This document shows positions 7,015-16,568 of a stretch of 32,046 nucleotides of DNA, piece after piece. The notes under the pieces are model-generated. The model made no database searches. It saw only the letters and a list, made by a program, of their open reading frames with translations, and had not been told where the DNA came from. Source of the DNA: Flavobacteriaceae bacterium. GTDB taxonomy: Bacteria; Bacteroidota; Bacteroidia; Flavobacteriales; Flavobacteriaceae. Made by a program: the position numbers and the translations under genes. The stretch's first letter is position 1; each line of letters opens with the position of its first letter. The DNA lies in assembly GCA_019752245.1 (NCBI GenBank), contig JAIEMH010000249.1:1-32046 (forward strand), read 5' to 3'.

Positions 7015-7827
7015 ATGAAAAATATAAAATTACTTTTTTCTTTACTTGTTATTTTTAGTTTAACAAGTTGTACAATTACAGAGAAATTAATTATCAATGA
7101 TAATGGTACTGGTAAATTTGCCTACGATATTGATGGGTCCAAAATGGTGTCTATTATGGGAAGTGCTTTTAAAAGTGATACTAAAGAAGACAATACAAAG
7201 GAAACAGTAAAAAGGAAAAACAAAAAAGTTGTCGACAGTACTTTTACTTTCAAAGAAATGTTTGCTAGTAAAAAAGATAGTATTTCTAAATTATCTCCAG
7301 AGGAACAAGATAAAATAAAAAAGATGGAGCGATTTAGTGTTAGAACCATCGTAGATGAAGAAAAAGGAATCATGAATTACTCTATGTTTACCGATTTCAA
7401 TTCAATTTCAGAACTTCAAGATGTGATGTCGCCATTGCAATCAATGAAATCACTATCGCCATCAGGACAAAAATCGGGTGGTTTAGGAATGGCTCCAGAA
7501 GCAATTCAAGACAATTCATCGGTAAAATATTTTTACGACGGAAAAACATTCAAGAAAACAGTTTCCAAAATAGAAAAGAAAAAAGAAGAACCGAAAGAAG
7601 ATGAAGCAAGTGCCGAGTCAGAAGCATTACGATTAAAAGAATCTATGGAGATGTTTTATGACCAGTCTAATTTTAAAGTAGTTTATCAATTTCCAAAAGC
7701 AGTTAAAAAAGTTTCTATAGATAATGCTTTGTATAGCGAAGATAGAAAAACAATAACTATAGAATATCCTTTAAAAGATTATATGGAGAATCCATCCAAA
7801 TTAAACTTTGAGGTAGAATTTCAATAA
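7015..7827 (+). CDS. Hypothetical lipoprotein
   Basis: Lipobox LTSC, 270 aa; no family recognised with confidence. Confidence 0.85.
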   Translation: MKNIKLLFSLLVIFSLTSCTITEKLIINDNGTGKFAYDIDGSKMVSIMGSAFKSDTKEDNTKETVKRKNKKVVDSTFTFKEMFASKKDSISKLSPEEQDKIKKMERFSVRTIVDEEKGIMNYSMFTDFNSISELQDVMSPLQSMKSLSPSGQKSGGLGMAPEAIQDNSSVKYFYDGKTFKKTVSKIEKKKEEPKEDEASAESEALRLKESMEMFYDQSNFKVVYQFPKAVKKVSIDNALYSEDRKTITIEYPLKDYMENPSKLNFEVEFQ

Positions 7828-7884
7828 TATTTTTCTCAATTATAATAAAATGTGCCATTAACTAATTTTTATGGCAATAAAAAA

Positions 7885-8583
7885 ATGAATAAAAAAATCC
7901 AACTTCAAGATTTAGGAAATAAAGATTACAAAGAAACTTGGGATTATCAAGAAAATTTGTTCAAGCAAATTGTTGATGTAAAAATTCAAAACAGAAGAGA
8001 AGAATCAAATCTTCCAACTCCAAATTATTTTCTTTTTGTAGAACATCCTCATGTATACACTTTAGGAAAAAGTGGTGATATTTCAAATTTGTTACTTTCA
8101 GAAAAACAACTTGAAGAAAAAGGTGCGACATTTTATAAAATAAATAGAGGAGGAGATATTACTTATCACGGTCCAGGTCAAATTGTAGGGTATCCAATTC
8201 TTGATTTAGAAAATTTCTTTACAGATATTCACAAATACTTGCGTTTCCTAGAAGAAGTAATAATTCTAACTTTGGCAGAATACAATATTGTAGGAGCAAG
8301 AAGTGAAGGCGAAACAGGAGTTTGGCTTGGTGTTGGAACTCCGTTTGCAAGAAAAATTTGTGCTATGGGCGTTCGCGCAAGTCGTTGGGTAACCATGCAT
8401 GGATTTGCTTTAAATGTAAATGCCAATTTGGGGTATTTCGATAATATTATTCCGTGTGGCATAAAAGGCAAGGCAGTTACGTCTTTACAAGTAGAACTAG
8501 GTGTAGAAAATGTAAATGAAGAAGAGGTGAAAGAAAAAATATTAAAGCATTTTTTAGCACTTTTTGATTCTGTGTTTATCTAA
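7885..8583 (+). CDS. lipB: Lipoyl(octanoyl) transferase
   Basis: EHPHVYTLG, RGGDITYHGPGQ, RKICAMG, HGFALNVN, IIPCG; start set to ATG 7885. Confidence 0.97.
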   Translation: MNKKIQLQDLGNKDYKETWDYQENLFKQIVDVKIQNRREESNLPTPNYFLFVEHPHVYTLGKSGDISNLLLSEKQLEEKGATFYKINRGGDITYHGPGQIVGYPILDLENFFTDIHKYLRFLEEVIILTLAEYNIVGARSEGETGVWLGVGTPFARKICAMGVRASRWVTMHGFALNVNANLGYFDNIIPCGIKGKAVTSLQVELGVENVNEEEVKEKILKHFLALFDSVFI

Positions 8584-8607
8584 AAAAAAATAGTGATTTA
8601 ATAAATT

Positions 8608-9207
8608 TTAAAGATCCAACTTCATTTGTTCTGGTAACAACCTAAAACTCATTCTGTGGTATTTTGTTGTGCCATATTTTCTAATGGCATCACGATGTTC
8701 TTTTGTTGGATATCCTTTATTTTGTTTCCAATTATACATAGGGAATTCTTCATGAATTTTATCCATATACTCATCTCTGTAAGTCTTTGCTAAAACAGAT
8801 GCTGCTGCAATACTCATATACTTAGAGTCGCCTTTAACAATAGTGCTGTAGGGAATGTTATTAATTGGTTTAAATCTGTTGCCGTCAACTATAATATATA
8901 AAGGTGTAGGATTTAACCTCACAATACATTCCTGCATTGCCTTGATAGAGGCGTTTAATATATTGATTTTGTCAATAACAGCTGGCTCTATGTGTGTTAC
9001 TGAAAAAGAAATTGCCATCTCTTCAATAACGGGTCTTAGTGTTTCTCTCGTTCTTTCTGATAATTGTTTAGAATCATTAAGTAAATCTAGTTCGAATTTT
9101 TCAGGAAGTAAAATTGCAGCAGCTGTAACAGGACCAGCTAAGCAACCTCTTCCAGCTTCGTCAGTACCACATTCTAAAATGTATTGAGAGTGTCTTAAAT
9201 TTAACAT
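8608..9207 (-). CDS. rnhB: Ribonuclease HII
   Basis: [49 protein letters not shown]; start set to ATG 9207. Confidence 0.97.
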   Translation of the reverse strand: MLNLRHSQYILECGTDEAGRGCLAGPVTAAAILLPEKFELDLLNDSKQLSERTRETLRPVIEEMAISFSVTHIEPAVIDKINILNASIKAMQECIVRLNPTPLYIIVDGNRFKPINNIPYSTIVKGDSKYMSIAAASVLAKTYRDEYMDKIHEEFPMYNWKQNKGYPTKEHRDAIRKYGTTKYHRMSFRLLPEQMKLDL

Positions 9208-9406
9208 AAAATTAATTTTGATAAAAATACAAATTTTAACGCAACCTTTTGCATTATTCTGCATCTTAGTTATGTGTTGCAACCACAATGTTAGTAAACC
9301 GCTTGAAAATTTTAACAAAAATAAAATGTAATATTCCGAAGTATTATTTGTTTATTTAAGAAATTATTAAGAAGTTTGCGGAATAACTAACTCAAATAAA
9401 TTTAAT

Positions 9407-12400
9407 ATGAGATCGAAGTTCAAATGGATTTTTACGCTTTTAATAGCGTTATCAATGCAGTTTTCGTTTGCACAAGAGAAAACTGTAACAGGTACGATTA
9501 CTGATGGTAAACTACCTTTGCCTGGTGCTAATGTTGTTATTAAAGGAACAACAAAAGGTGCTTCAGCTGATATGGATGGAAAATATTCTATCAAAGCTAA
9601 ATCTGGTGATGTATTAGTAATCTCTTTTCAAGGTTACGATGACAAAACCGTTACTGTTGGTGTAGCCAATAGTTACAATGTTTCTCTTAAAGAAAAGCCG
9701 GTTCAACTTGGTGAAGTTCTTATTACTGGTGCTGCTGGTATCAAGAAGACAAAAAATGCTCAAACTTCTACTCAACAAGTTGTTGGTGCAAAAGAGTTAA
9801 ATCAAGCATCTAGTCCAAATGTGGTTCAGTCTTTAGCTGGTAAGGTTACAGGATTGCAAATTAACACCACGTCAAACGGAGCTAATCCTTCAACTAGTAT
9901 AGTTTTGAGAGGTAATAGAACGTTGACTGGTAACAATCAAGCGCTTGTAGTTATTGACAATGCTATCTCGTCAGCAACTATTTTGCAACAAATTCCGCCA
10001 GAAATGATTGAATCTGTGAATGTTATTAAGGGTTCTCAAGGTTCAGCATTATATGGTGAGCAAGGGTCTAATGGTGTTTTGATTGTAACAACTAAAAGAG
10101 GTGCTAAATCTAAACTAGAGGTTTCTGTTAGTTCTTCTGTTGATTTTCAACAAATATCTTTTTTACCTGAAAGACAGACGAAATATGGTCAAGGTTGGGT
10201 TGCTTTAAATTATGATTATGGTTTCCCTAATGCTTCAGATCCAAGAAATGGTAATTCTCAATACTCTCCTTTTGAAAACGGAGCTTGGGGTCCAGCATTT
10301 AATAATCCGGCTTGGGCTGGAACTATGGTTCCTGTAGGTTTGCCACAAGCTGATGGATCTATTATTTCTAGTAAATGGGAATCTAGAGGTTCTGATAATA
10401 TTAAAGATTTCTTTAAAACTGGAACACTTCTTCAAAATAATGTTTCTTTAAATGCAGGTAATGAAGATGGTTATGTTATGGCTAGTTATTCTCGTCAAAC
10501 ATCAGATTTTATTGTTGATAGAGATGGTTTGAAAAGAAATGTTTTCTTAGTAAAAGCTGGTAAAAAAGCTGGTAAATGGAAGTTTGATGCAACTGCTTCA
10601 TACACTAACCAAAGTGTTACTGAAACAGATTCTAATTTGCTTTATGAGTTACTTCAAACTCCAACAAATGTTGATATTAATAAATTTAAAAACTCTGGTA
10701 CTGCTCATCACTGGACTATTTATGCTCAAAATCCATGGCAGATAATCAAACAAAAAAGATTTGATTCAAATACTAATAATTTTAATGGAGTTTTAAGAGT
10801 AGAGCACCAATTCAATAAAAATATTTCGATATCAAATACTGCTAACATTCAGGTTAATTCTACAGTTTCTACCTCACATAATGATGGGTTTAATGAAGAT
10901 GCTTCTTATGATTATTCTTCTGTGTTAACAGGTTCTGTTATTGGTACATATCAAGGTTTTGGTGGTGCTGATCAATACAATACTTCAAATTTTTATGTTT
11001 CTACTAATAATGTTAGAAATATTTACAATGATTTAGTGTTAAACTTAGACTATGCTTTGAGTCCTAAAGTAGGTTTTAAAGCTAATTTAGGAACTAATGT
11101 TCAAGATTCATACAGAGTTTATACGCAACAAGGTGGTACTAACTTGAAAATACCAGGATGGTATAATATTCAAAACGTAAGTAATCCTGATCGTATTACT
11201 TCATTAAGTAACGGTTATTCTCAGACAAGAAGAGTTGCTGCATTTGCTAATTTTGATTTTGATTACAATAAGTATTTATTCCTTAATTTAACAGATCGTC
11301 TAGAGCAAACTTCAACAATACAAGGTCAATCATTTAATTATTATTCTGCTGGTTTATCATTTATTCCAACTGAGGCTTTCAAACAAATTAAAGGTGATGT
11401 TTTAAATTATGCTAAAGTATATGTGAATTACAGTAAAGTTGGTAACTCAAGTTCTGTTCCTGCATATGCAACTACTGATGTCGCTTTAGGTGCTTCTGGA
11501 TATCCTTATAACTCAGGTGGTATTATTTCTTACACGCCAAGATCAGGTCTAGTTAATCCTAATGTTAGACCAGAGTTTGTTTATTCTAAAGAAGTTGGTG
11601 CTCAGTTAGGTTTATTTAAAGATAGAGTAACTTTAGATGGTTCATTTTATATAAATGATACTGAAGATTTGATTACTAACGCTACTACATCTTATACTGC
11701 TTATGCTTCAAGTTTATTAAGTAATACTGGTAAATTACAGAACAAAGGTTATGAGATTGGTCTTGGCTTAACTCCTTTTAGAAGTGATAATGGTTTTAAT
11801 TGGAATATTAGAGCTGGATTAACACATTACAAAACTATTGTTAAATCTTTATCTAGTGGTGTTAATGAAGTTAACCTTCTTCTTGATGCAACTGGTGGAG
11901 TTGGAATATACGCTGTTGTTGGAGAAGAATTTCCAACTATAAAAGCTACTCAATTAGCTACTGATTCTGAAGGACATGTGATTGTTGGTTCTAATGGTTA
12001 CCCTCAAGTTACTTCAACTTTACAAAAAGTTGGTAAAGCAACTCCAGATTATATCATAAATTTATCAAATTCATTTTCTTACAAAGGTCTTTCTTTAACT
12101 GCTGTAGCTGATTATAGAGCAAATTATAGTGTGTATTCTGATACATTTAATTCATTATTGTTTGCTGGTTATTCTCTAGATTCTGCTGAATTTGATAGAG
12201 ATAGAGGTTATTTAGTTCCTAATTCTGTTGTAAATACAAGTTTGCCTTCTACTCCTGTATATGTTACAAATACTATTCCAGTTGGAGGTACTGCAGCAAC
12301 TGATACTCGTGGTTTAGCTAACTATTATGGTACGCTTGCTAGAGTTGGTCAATATTCAATTATTGATGCTTCAGCTATTAAAATTAGAGAGATTGCATTG

Positions 12401-12637
12401 TCATATTCATTGCCTTCTAAAATGTTAAAAGATACTGGTATAGCTTCTTTTAAAGTTGGTGTAAATGCTAGAAATCCTTTTATTATATTTGTTCACAATG
12501 GTAATCAATACGGTAGAAAAAATATGGGTTATACAGATCCAGAAGCTTCTACTTCTAATGGTGTACCTGGTTACTCTAACGTAGGTCAATACCCAACAAC
12601 TAAAACCTATGGTTTTACTTTAAACGTAACTTTTTAA
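9407..12637 (+). CDS. SusC/RagA-family TonB-dependent transporter
   Basis: Signal peptide, N-terminal LPGANVVIKGT domain, plug motifs SLAGKVTGLQI and IESVNVIKG..GSALYG..GSNGVLIVTTKRG, C-terminal GFTLNVTF. Confidence 0.95.
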   Translation: MRSKFKWIFTLLIALSMQFSFAQEKTVTGTITDGKLPLPGANVVIKGTTKGASADMDGKYSIKAKSGDVLVISFQGYDDKTVTVGVANSYNVSLKEKPVQLGEVLITGAAGIKKTKNAQTSTQQVVGAKELNQASSPNVVQSLAGKVTGLQINTTSNGANPSTSIVLRGNRTLTGNNQALVVIDNAISSATILQQIPPEMIESVNVIKGSQGSALYGEQGSNGVLIVTTKRGAKSKLEVSVSSSVDFQQISFLPERQTKYGQGWVALNYDYGFPNASDPRNGNSQYSPFENGAWGPAFNNPAWAGTMVPVGLPQADGSIISSKWESRGSDNIKDFFKTGTLLQNNVSLNAGNEDGYVMASYSRQTSDFIVDRDGLKRNVFLVKAGKKAGKWKFDATASYTNQSVTETDSNLLYELLQTPTNVDINKFKNSGTAHHWTIYAQNPWQIIKQKRFDSNTNNFNGVLRVEHQFNKNISISNTANIQVNSTVSTSHNDGFNEDASYDYSSVLTGSVIGTYQGFGGADQYNTSNFYVSTNNVRNIYNDLVLNLDYALSPKVGFKANLGTNVQDSYRVYTQQGGTNLKIPGWYNIQNVSNPDRITSLSNGYSQTRRVAAFANFDFDYNKYLFLNLTDRLEQTSTIQGQSFNYYSAGLSFIPTEAFKQIKGDVLNYAKVYVNYSKVGNSSSVPAYATTDVALGASGYPYNSGGIISYTPRSGLVNPNVRPEFVYSKEVGAQLGLFKDRVTLDGSFYINDTEDLITNATTSYTAYASSLLSNTGKLQNKGYEIGLGLTPFRSDNGFNWNIRAGLTHYKTIVKSLSSGVNEVNLLLDATGGVGIYAVVGEEFPTIKATQLATDSEGHVIVGSNGYPQVTSTLQKVGKATPDYIINLSNSFSYKGLSLTAVADYRANYSVYSDTFNSLLFAGYSLDSAEFDRDRGYLVPNSVVNTSLPSTPVYVTNTIPVGGTAATDTRGLANYYGTLARVGQYSIIDASAIKIREIALSYSLPSKMLKDTGIASFKVGVNARNPFIIFVHNGNQYGRKNMGYTDPEASTSNGVPGYSNVGQYPTTKTYGFTLNVTF

Positions 12638-12647
12638 ATTGCTAATT

Positions 12648-14324
12648 ATGAAAAAAATTAAAATAGCATTCCTTTTATTATCTTTTGGATTTATTTCATG
12701 TGATAATTATTTGGATTTAGGTGAAAATCCTAATCAATTACTCGCAGATGCAGCTACTCCTGATCAATATTTGTCAGCTGCTCAAACACTCTCATTTGCT
12801 ACTCAGGCATCAACAATGGAACGTCTTGGTCTTTTGTTCTCTAATGCTTGTGCAGGTAATGTTCAAAGTTATGCAAGTCCTTTTAATGATGAAGTTTCTC
12901 TAAATATTACAAATATTTTTTACAGAACTATCTGGGAAAATCTTTATCTAAGAGCTGGTGTTTATCAAAAAATAATCGATTATAATGATGAGGCTAAAGC
13001 TTTTCAAGAGTTTAAAGCAATTTCTAAAATTGGAAAAGTTTACAATATGCAATATATTGTAGATTTATATGGAGATGCTCCATATACTGAAGCTTTTAAA
13101 GGAATTAGTAATATTACTCCTAAATATGATGATGATTTTACTATTTATCAAAAATTGTTTACAGAGTTAGATGAAGCTAGAACTTTAATTGATGATATTG
13201 GTGGTGGTCTTTATCCTAATTCTGTTGGTAAATCTGTTGATTATGATATGATCTACAGTGGAAATATGAATTCATGGAAATTGTTTGCTAATACTATAGA
13301 ATTAAAAATGTTATTGAGAATGTCTAAAGTAACTGGTGCTGCCGCTACTTACAGAGATCAAAGATTAGAAGATATGGTTGCAAACGGACATAATTCTTTT
13401 ATTACTACTGACGTTACAATTCAACCTGGTTATAATGATGGAAGAAATGACACTTTAAATCCATTAGTATTTAATTTTGGATATGATTTAAATGGAACAG
13501 CAACTAACTACAATTTATTTGCCGCTTCTGGTCATATTGCTAAATGTATGAATACCTATGCTAACGTTAATTATCCTACAGGAGCAACTTTTGAAGTTGT
13601 ACCAGGTACTGGTGTTTTATATCCTAATTTAGCCGATCCTAGAAGATTTTCTATCTTTACTAGTATTGGTGGAACGCATAGAGGTGTTACTCAAGGTAGT
13701 ACTAATGTAGACGTTGTTAAACCTGGAACATTAACTACAGGTCAACCAAGTAAATTTTCTTCATACTTTTTTAACTCTTACAACCAAACTGGTACTGGTA
13801 CTACATTACCTACTACTCAAATTGGTAATAATTTAGCAGGTGTTAGAGGAACTATTATGTCTATCGCAGAATGTCATTTCTTGAAAGCTGAAGCTGCTCA
13901 TTTAGGAGCTGTTAAACCAGCATATGCTTTATTAGGATTAAATGCTCAAGCTTCGTTTAATGCTGGAGTAAATGCTTCTTTAGCTTTTTATGCTGTAACT
14001 TCTACTACATATTTAACTACAATAAATGCTTCTAAGCCTAATTATGGTTATAATGCAACGTTTACTTTTAACGAAAATTATAATGCTATTATGTATCAAA
14101 AATGGATTTCTGTTTTACCTTCTAATGCAATTGAAGCGTATATAGATAATACAAGAACTGGATTTCCAATTAATCCAATGCCTTTAAATTCATCTTATCC
14201 AAAAAGACCAAATAGATTAATTTATCCAAGTTCAGAGTACATTGCTAATTCAGCTAATGTACCTAATGTATCTTTAAGTGATTTATTTAGTGTTAGTGCT
14301 AAAACACCTTTTTGGCAACAATAA
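12648..14324 (+). CDS. SusD/RagB-family lipoprotein
   Basis: Lipobox FISC, IVDLYGDAPYTEA, PKYD, ECHFLKAEAA, IMYQKW, RTGFP, PNRLIYP; directly after susC; ATG 12648. Confidence 0.95.
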   Translation: MKKIKIAFLLLSFGFISCDNYLDLGENPNQLLADAATPDQYLSAAQTLSFATQASTMERLGLLFSNACAGNVQSYASPFNDEVSLNITNIFYRTIWENLYLRAGVYQKIIDYNDEAKAFQEFKAISKIGKVYNMQYIVDLYGDAPYTEAFKGISNITPKYDDDFTIYQKLFTELDEARTLIDDIGGGLYPNSVGKSVDYDMIYSGNMNSWKLFANTIELKMLLRMSKVTGAAATYRDQRLEDMVANGHNSFITTDVTIQPGYNDGRNDTLNPLVFNFGYDLNGTATNYNLFAASGHIAKCMNTYANVNYPTGATFEVVPGTGVLYPNLADPRRFSIFTSIGGTHRGVTQGSTNVDVVKPGTLTTGQPSKFSSYFFNSYNQTGTGTTLPTTQIGNNLAGVRGTIMSIAECHFLKAEAAHLGAVKPAYALLGLNAQASFNAGVNASLAFYAVTSTTYLTTINASKPNYGYNATFTFNENYNAIMYQKWISVLPSNAIEAYIDNTRTGFPINPMPLNSSYPKRPNRLIYPSSEYIANSANVPNVSLSDLFSVSAKTPFWQQ

Positions 14325-14345
14325 TTTAATATAGATTATATTTTT

Positions 14346-14376
14346 AAAGACCGTCATTTATGGCGGTCTTTTTTTT
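14346..14376 (+). terminator. Intrinsic terminator after susD
   Basis: AAAGACCGTCA / TGGCGGTCTTT stem followed by a T run. Confidence 0.85.
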
Positions 14377-14422
14377 GGTATATATTATGATTTCTATTTA
14401 TTGTTGTTTATAAACATTTCCA

Positions 14423-14430
14423 TACTTTTG
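14423..14430 (+). promoter_or_regulatory. -7 box TACTTTTG for the putative porin
   Basis: Exact TAnnTTTG 16 nt before ATG 14447. Confidence 0.65.
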
Positions 14431-14446
14431 TTCCTTTACATTTATT

Positions 14447-16399
14447 ATGAAAGGAGTATATACCCTATTTTTATTATTGTTGCCATTTCTCTTTTTTTCT
14501 CAACAAAAAGGAAAGCAAAACGAACGTAAAAGTCTAGTTAAAACAGCCGAACAAAAAGCTAAAGAACTAGCTAAAAAAGCACCAATAACTTCTTATAAAA
14601 TTATTTCTTTACAAAGAGATACAACATTTGTAGACACTACTTTAACTATAAAAAAAGAATACGATTATAATTATTTAAGAAAAGATATTTTTGGACTAAT
14701 GCCATTCCCAAACGAAGGACAAACTTACAATACTTTAAATTTTGGATTAACTAAATTCAACTCATTTCCTGAAATGGGTTTTAAAGCCAAGCATTTTAAC
14801 TATTTAGAAGTAAACGATATTAAATATTATTCTGTTGCAACTCCTTTAACAGAACTTTATTTTAAAACAGTTATGGAACAAGGACAAAATGTAGATGCGT
14901 TAATTACTCTTAATACTTCCGAACGTTTTAACTTCTCTGTTGCTTTCAAAGGTCTTCGCTCTTTAGGTAAATACATAAATCAACTTTCTAGCGCAGGTAA
15001 TTTCAGATTTACTTCAAGTTACAATACTAAAAATAAGCGTTACTATGCAAACTTTCATTACACAGGACAAGATTTATTAAACGGTGAAAATGGAGGATTA
15101 ACAACACCACTTGATTTTGAAAGTGAAGATCAAGCTTTTAAAAACAGACCTAGATTGCAAGTCTTTCTTACAGATGCCAAATCTTTTCTAAAAGGTAAAC
15201 GCTTTTTTCTTGATCATAGTTTTAGAATTAATAGTAGTGACAATCAGAATAACCTTTATATTGCGCACCAACTCAACTACGAACATAAGTTTTTCGAATT
15301 CAATCAAGTTGCTTTAGCGTCAACAATAGGTACTGGATCTACGGCTACTTCAGTGCAACGTTTTGGAGAAGCAAACACAACATCTAATATAAACGACCAG
15401 TCACGTTATGATAGGTTATACAATAAAGTTGGTGCAATTTATGAAAATAAAACATTAGGTAAATTTCAGTTTTTTATTGAAAACTTCAATTACAACTATT
15501 TTTATAAAATGGAGAGAACCGTCGCTACAACCACTTATTCTAATCAACTAAAAGCAACAATAAACGCAATTGGCGGTCAATACGATTACAGAAAAGGAAA
15601 ATGGAATGGTACAGCTTTGTTGTCAAATTCAATTTCTACCCAATCAACACGCAACCTTGATATTCATCTAAATTACGCTTTCAATAAACTTAATAATATA
15701 TCATTTCAATACCAAAACATCAGTAAATTACCAAATCACAACTACAATCTCAACCAAAGTAGCTATGATCAATACAATTGGAATAATAACTTCAAAAATG
15801 AAAAGATAAATAATATTGTTGTAAATGCCACTACTCAATGGGTTTCTGCTTCAGCGCAATTCACTACACTAGACGACCATCTTTATTTTAGAAATGATAC
15901 ACTCGGAGATATAAAACAATACATAAAACCATATCAATTTGCCGGAACTATTAATTATCTTTCTCTCAAAATAGCAAAAGAGTTCAAGTATAGAAAGTGG
16001 GCATTAGATAATACATTTTTATACCAAAAAGTAACACAATCAGATGCAGTTTTAAATGTTCCTGAGTTAACCTTGAGAAACACTTTGTATTATTCAGACT
16101 ATGTCTTTAAAAGAGCTATGTTTCTACAAACAGGTATCACAGTTAATTATTATACAAACTATTTGGCCGACAATTACAACCCAATTTTAGGTGAATTTTT
16201 TATCCAAAAAACCAAAGAAATTGGCGGGTTTCCAATGCTAGATTTCTTTGTAAATGCTCGTGTAAAACAAACTAGAATTTACCTCAAAGCCGAGCATTTC
16301 AACTCTAGTTTTACAGGAAACACTTATTATTCTGCGCCAAATATTCCCTATCACGATTTCATGATACGTTTCGGTTTGGTTTGGAATTTCTTTCAGTAA
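14447..16399 (+). CDS. Putative porin (Bacteroidota outer-membrane beta-barrel)
   Basis: Signal peptide, DTTFVDTTLTI, TPLTELYF, ENGG, C-terminal IRFGLVWNFF. Confidence 0.85.
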   Translation: MKGVYTLFLLLLPFLFFSQQKGKQNERKSLVKTAEQKAKELAKKAPITSYKIISLQRDTTFVDTTLTIKKEYDYNYLRKDIFGLMPFPNEGQTYNTLNFGLTKFNSFPEMGFKAKHFNYLEVNDIKYYSVATPLTELYFKTVMEQGQNVDALITLNTSERFNFSVAFKGLRSLGKYINQLSSAGNFRFTSSYNTKNKRYYANFHYTGQDLLNGENGGLTTPLDFESEDQAFKNRPRLQVFLTDAKSFLKGKRFFLDHSFRINSSDNQNNLYIAHQLNYEHKFFEFNQVALASTIGTGSTATSVQRFGEANTTSNINDQSRYDRLYNKVGAIYENKTLGKFQFFIENFNYNYFYKMERTVATTTYSNQLKATINAIGGQYDYRKGKWNGTALLSNSISTQSTRNLDIHLNYAFNKLNNISFQYQNISKLPNHNYNLNQSSYDQYNWNNNFKNEKINNIVVNATTQWVSASAQFTTLDDHLYFRNDTLGDIKQYIKPYQFAGTINYLSLKIAKEFKYRKWALDNTFLYQKVTQSDAVLNVPELTLRNTLYYSDYVFKRAMFLQTGITVNYYTNYLADNYNPILGEFFIQKTKEIGGFPMLDFFVNARVKQTRIYLKAEHFNSSFTGNTYYSAPNIPYHDFMIRFGLVWNFFQ

Positions 16400-16488
16400 C
16401 GAATCGCTTGCGAATTTTACCAAGCCATTTTCCTGCTTTCCATTCCAATCTTGCCCAAAAGCAAGGATTTCCATTGCAATCAGGGTTA
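16400..16488 (+). ncRNA. Structured intergenic repeat, Flavo-1-like RNA motif, copy 2
   Basis: TCCTGCTTTCCATTCCA-ATCTTGC-CCAAAA-GCAAGGAT-TTCCATTGCAATCAGGGTTA; homologous to 6889-6973. Confidence 0.6.
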
Positions 16489-16542
16489 TTTAGTTATCCA
16501 TTTACATAAAATTACGGTGTTGTAAAACGATTTTATTATCAA

Positions 16543-16550
16543 TATCTTTG
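16543..16550 (+). promoter_or_regulatory. -7 box TATCTTTG
   Basis: Exact TAnnTTTG 18 nt before ATG 16569. Confidence 0.65.
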
Positions 16551-16568
16551 CAAACAGAAAATAAAATT

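Noticed and set aside
9208-9406. Regulator binding site or invertible promoter upstream of susC
   Set aside because: Only weak imperfect palindromes in AT-rich DNA; no convincing inverted-repeat pair or exact -7 box.
4488-9594. Antisense ORFs within the STM3941-like gene, lysS, the lipoprotein gene, lipB, rnhB and the susC start
   Set aside because: Shadow frames of real genes with no independent start context or family motifs.
6889-16488. The two structured repeats as ends of a composite mobile element or as CRISPR repeats
   Set aside because: They are diverged, enclose housekeeping genes (lipB, rnhB), and there is no transposase, cas gene or regular repeat-spacer array.
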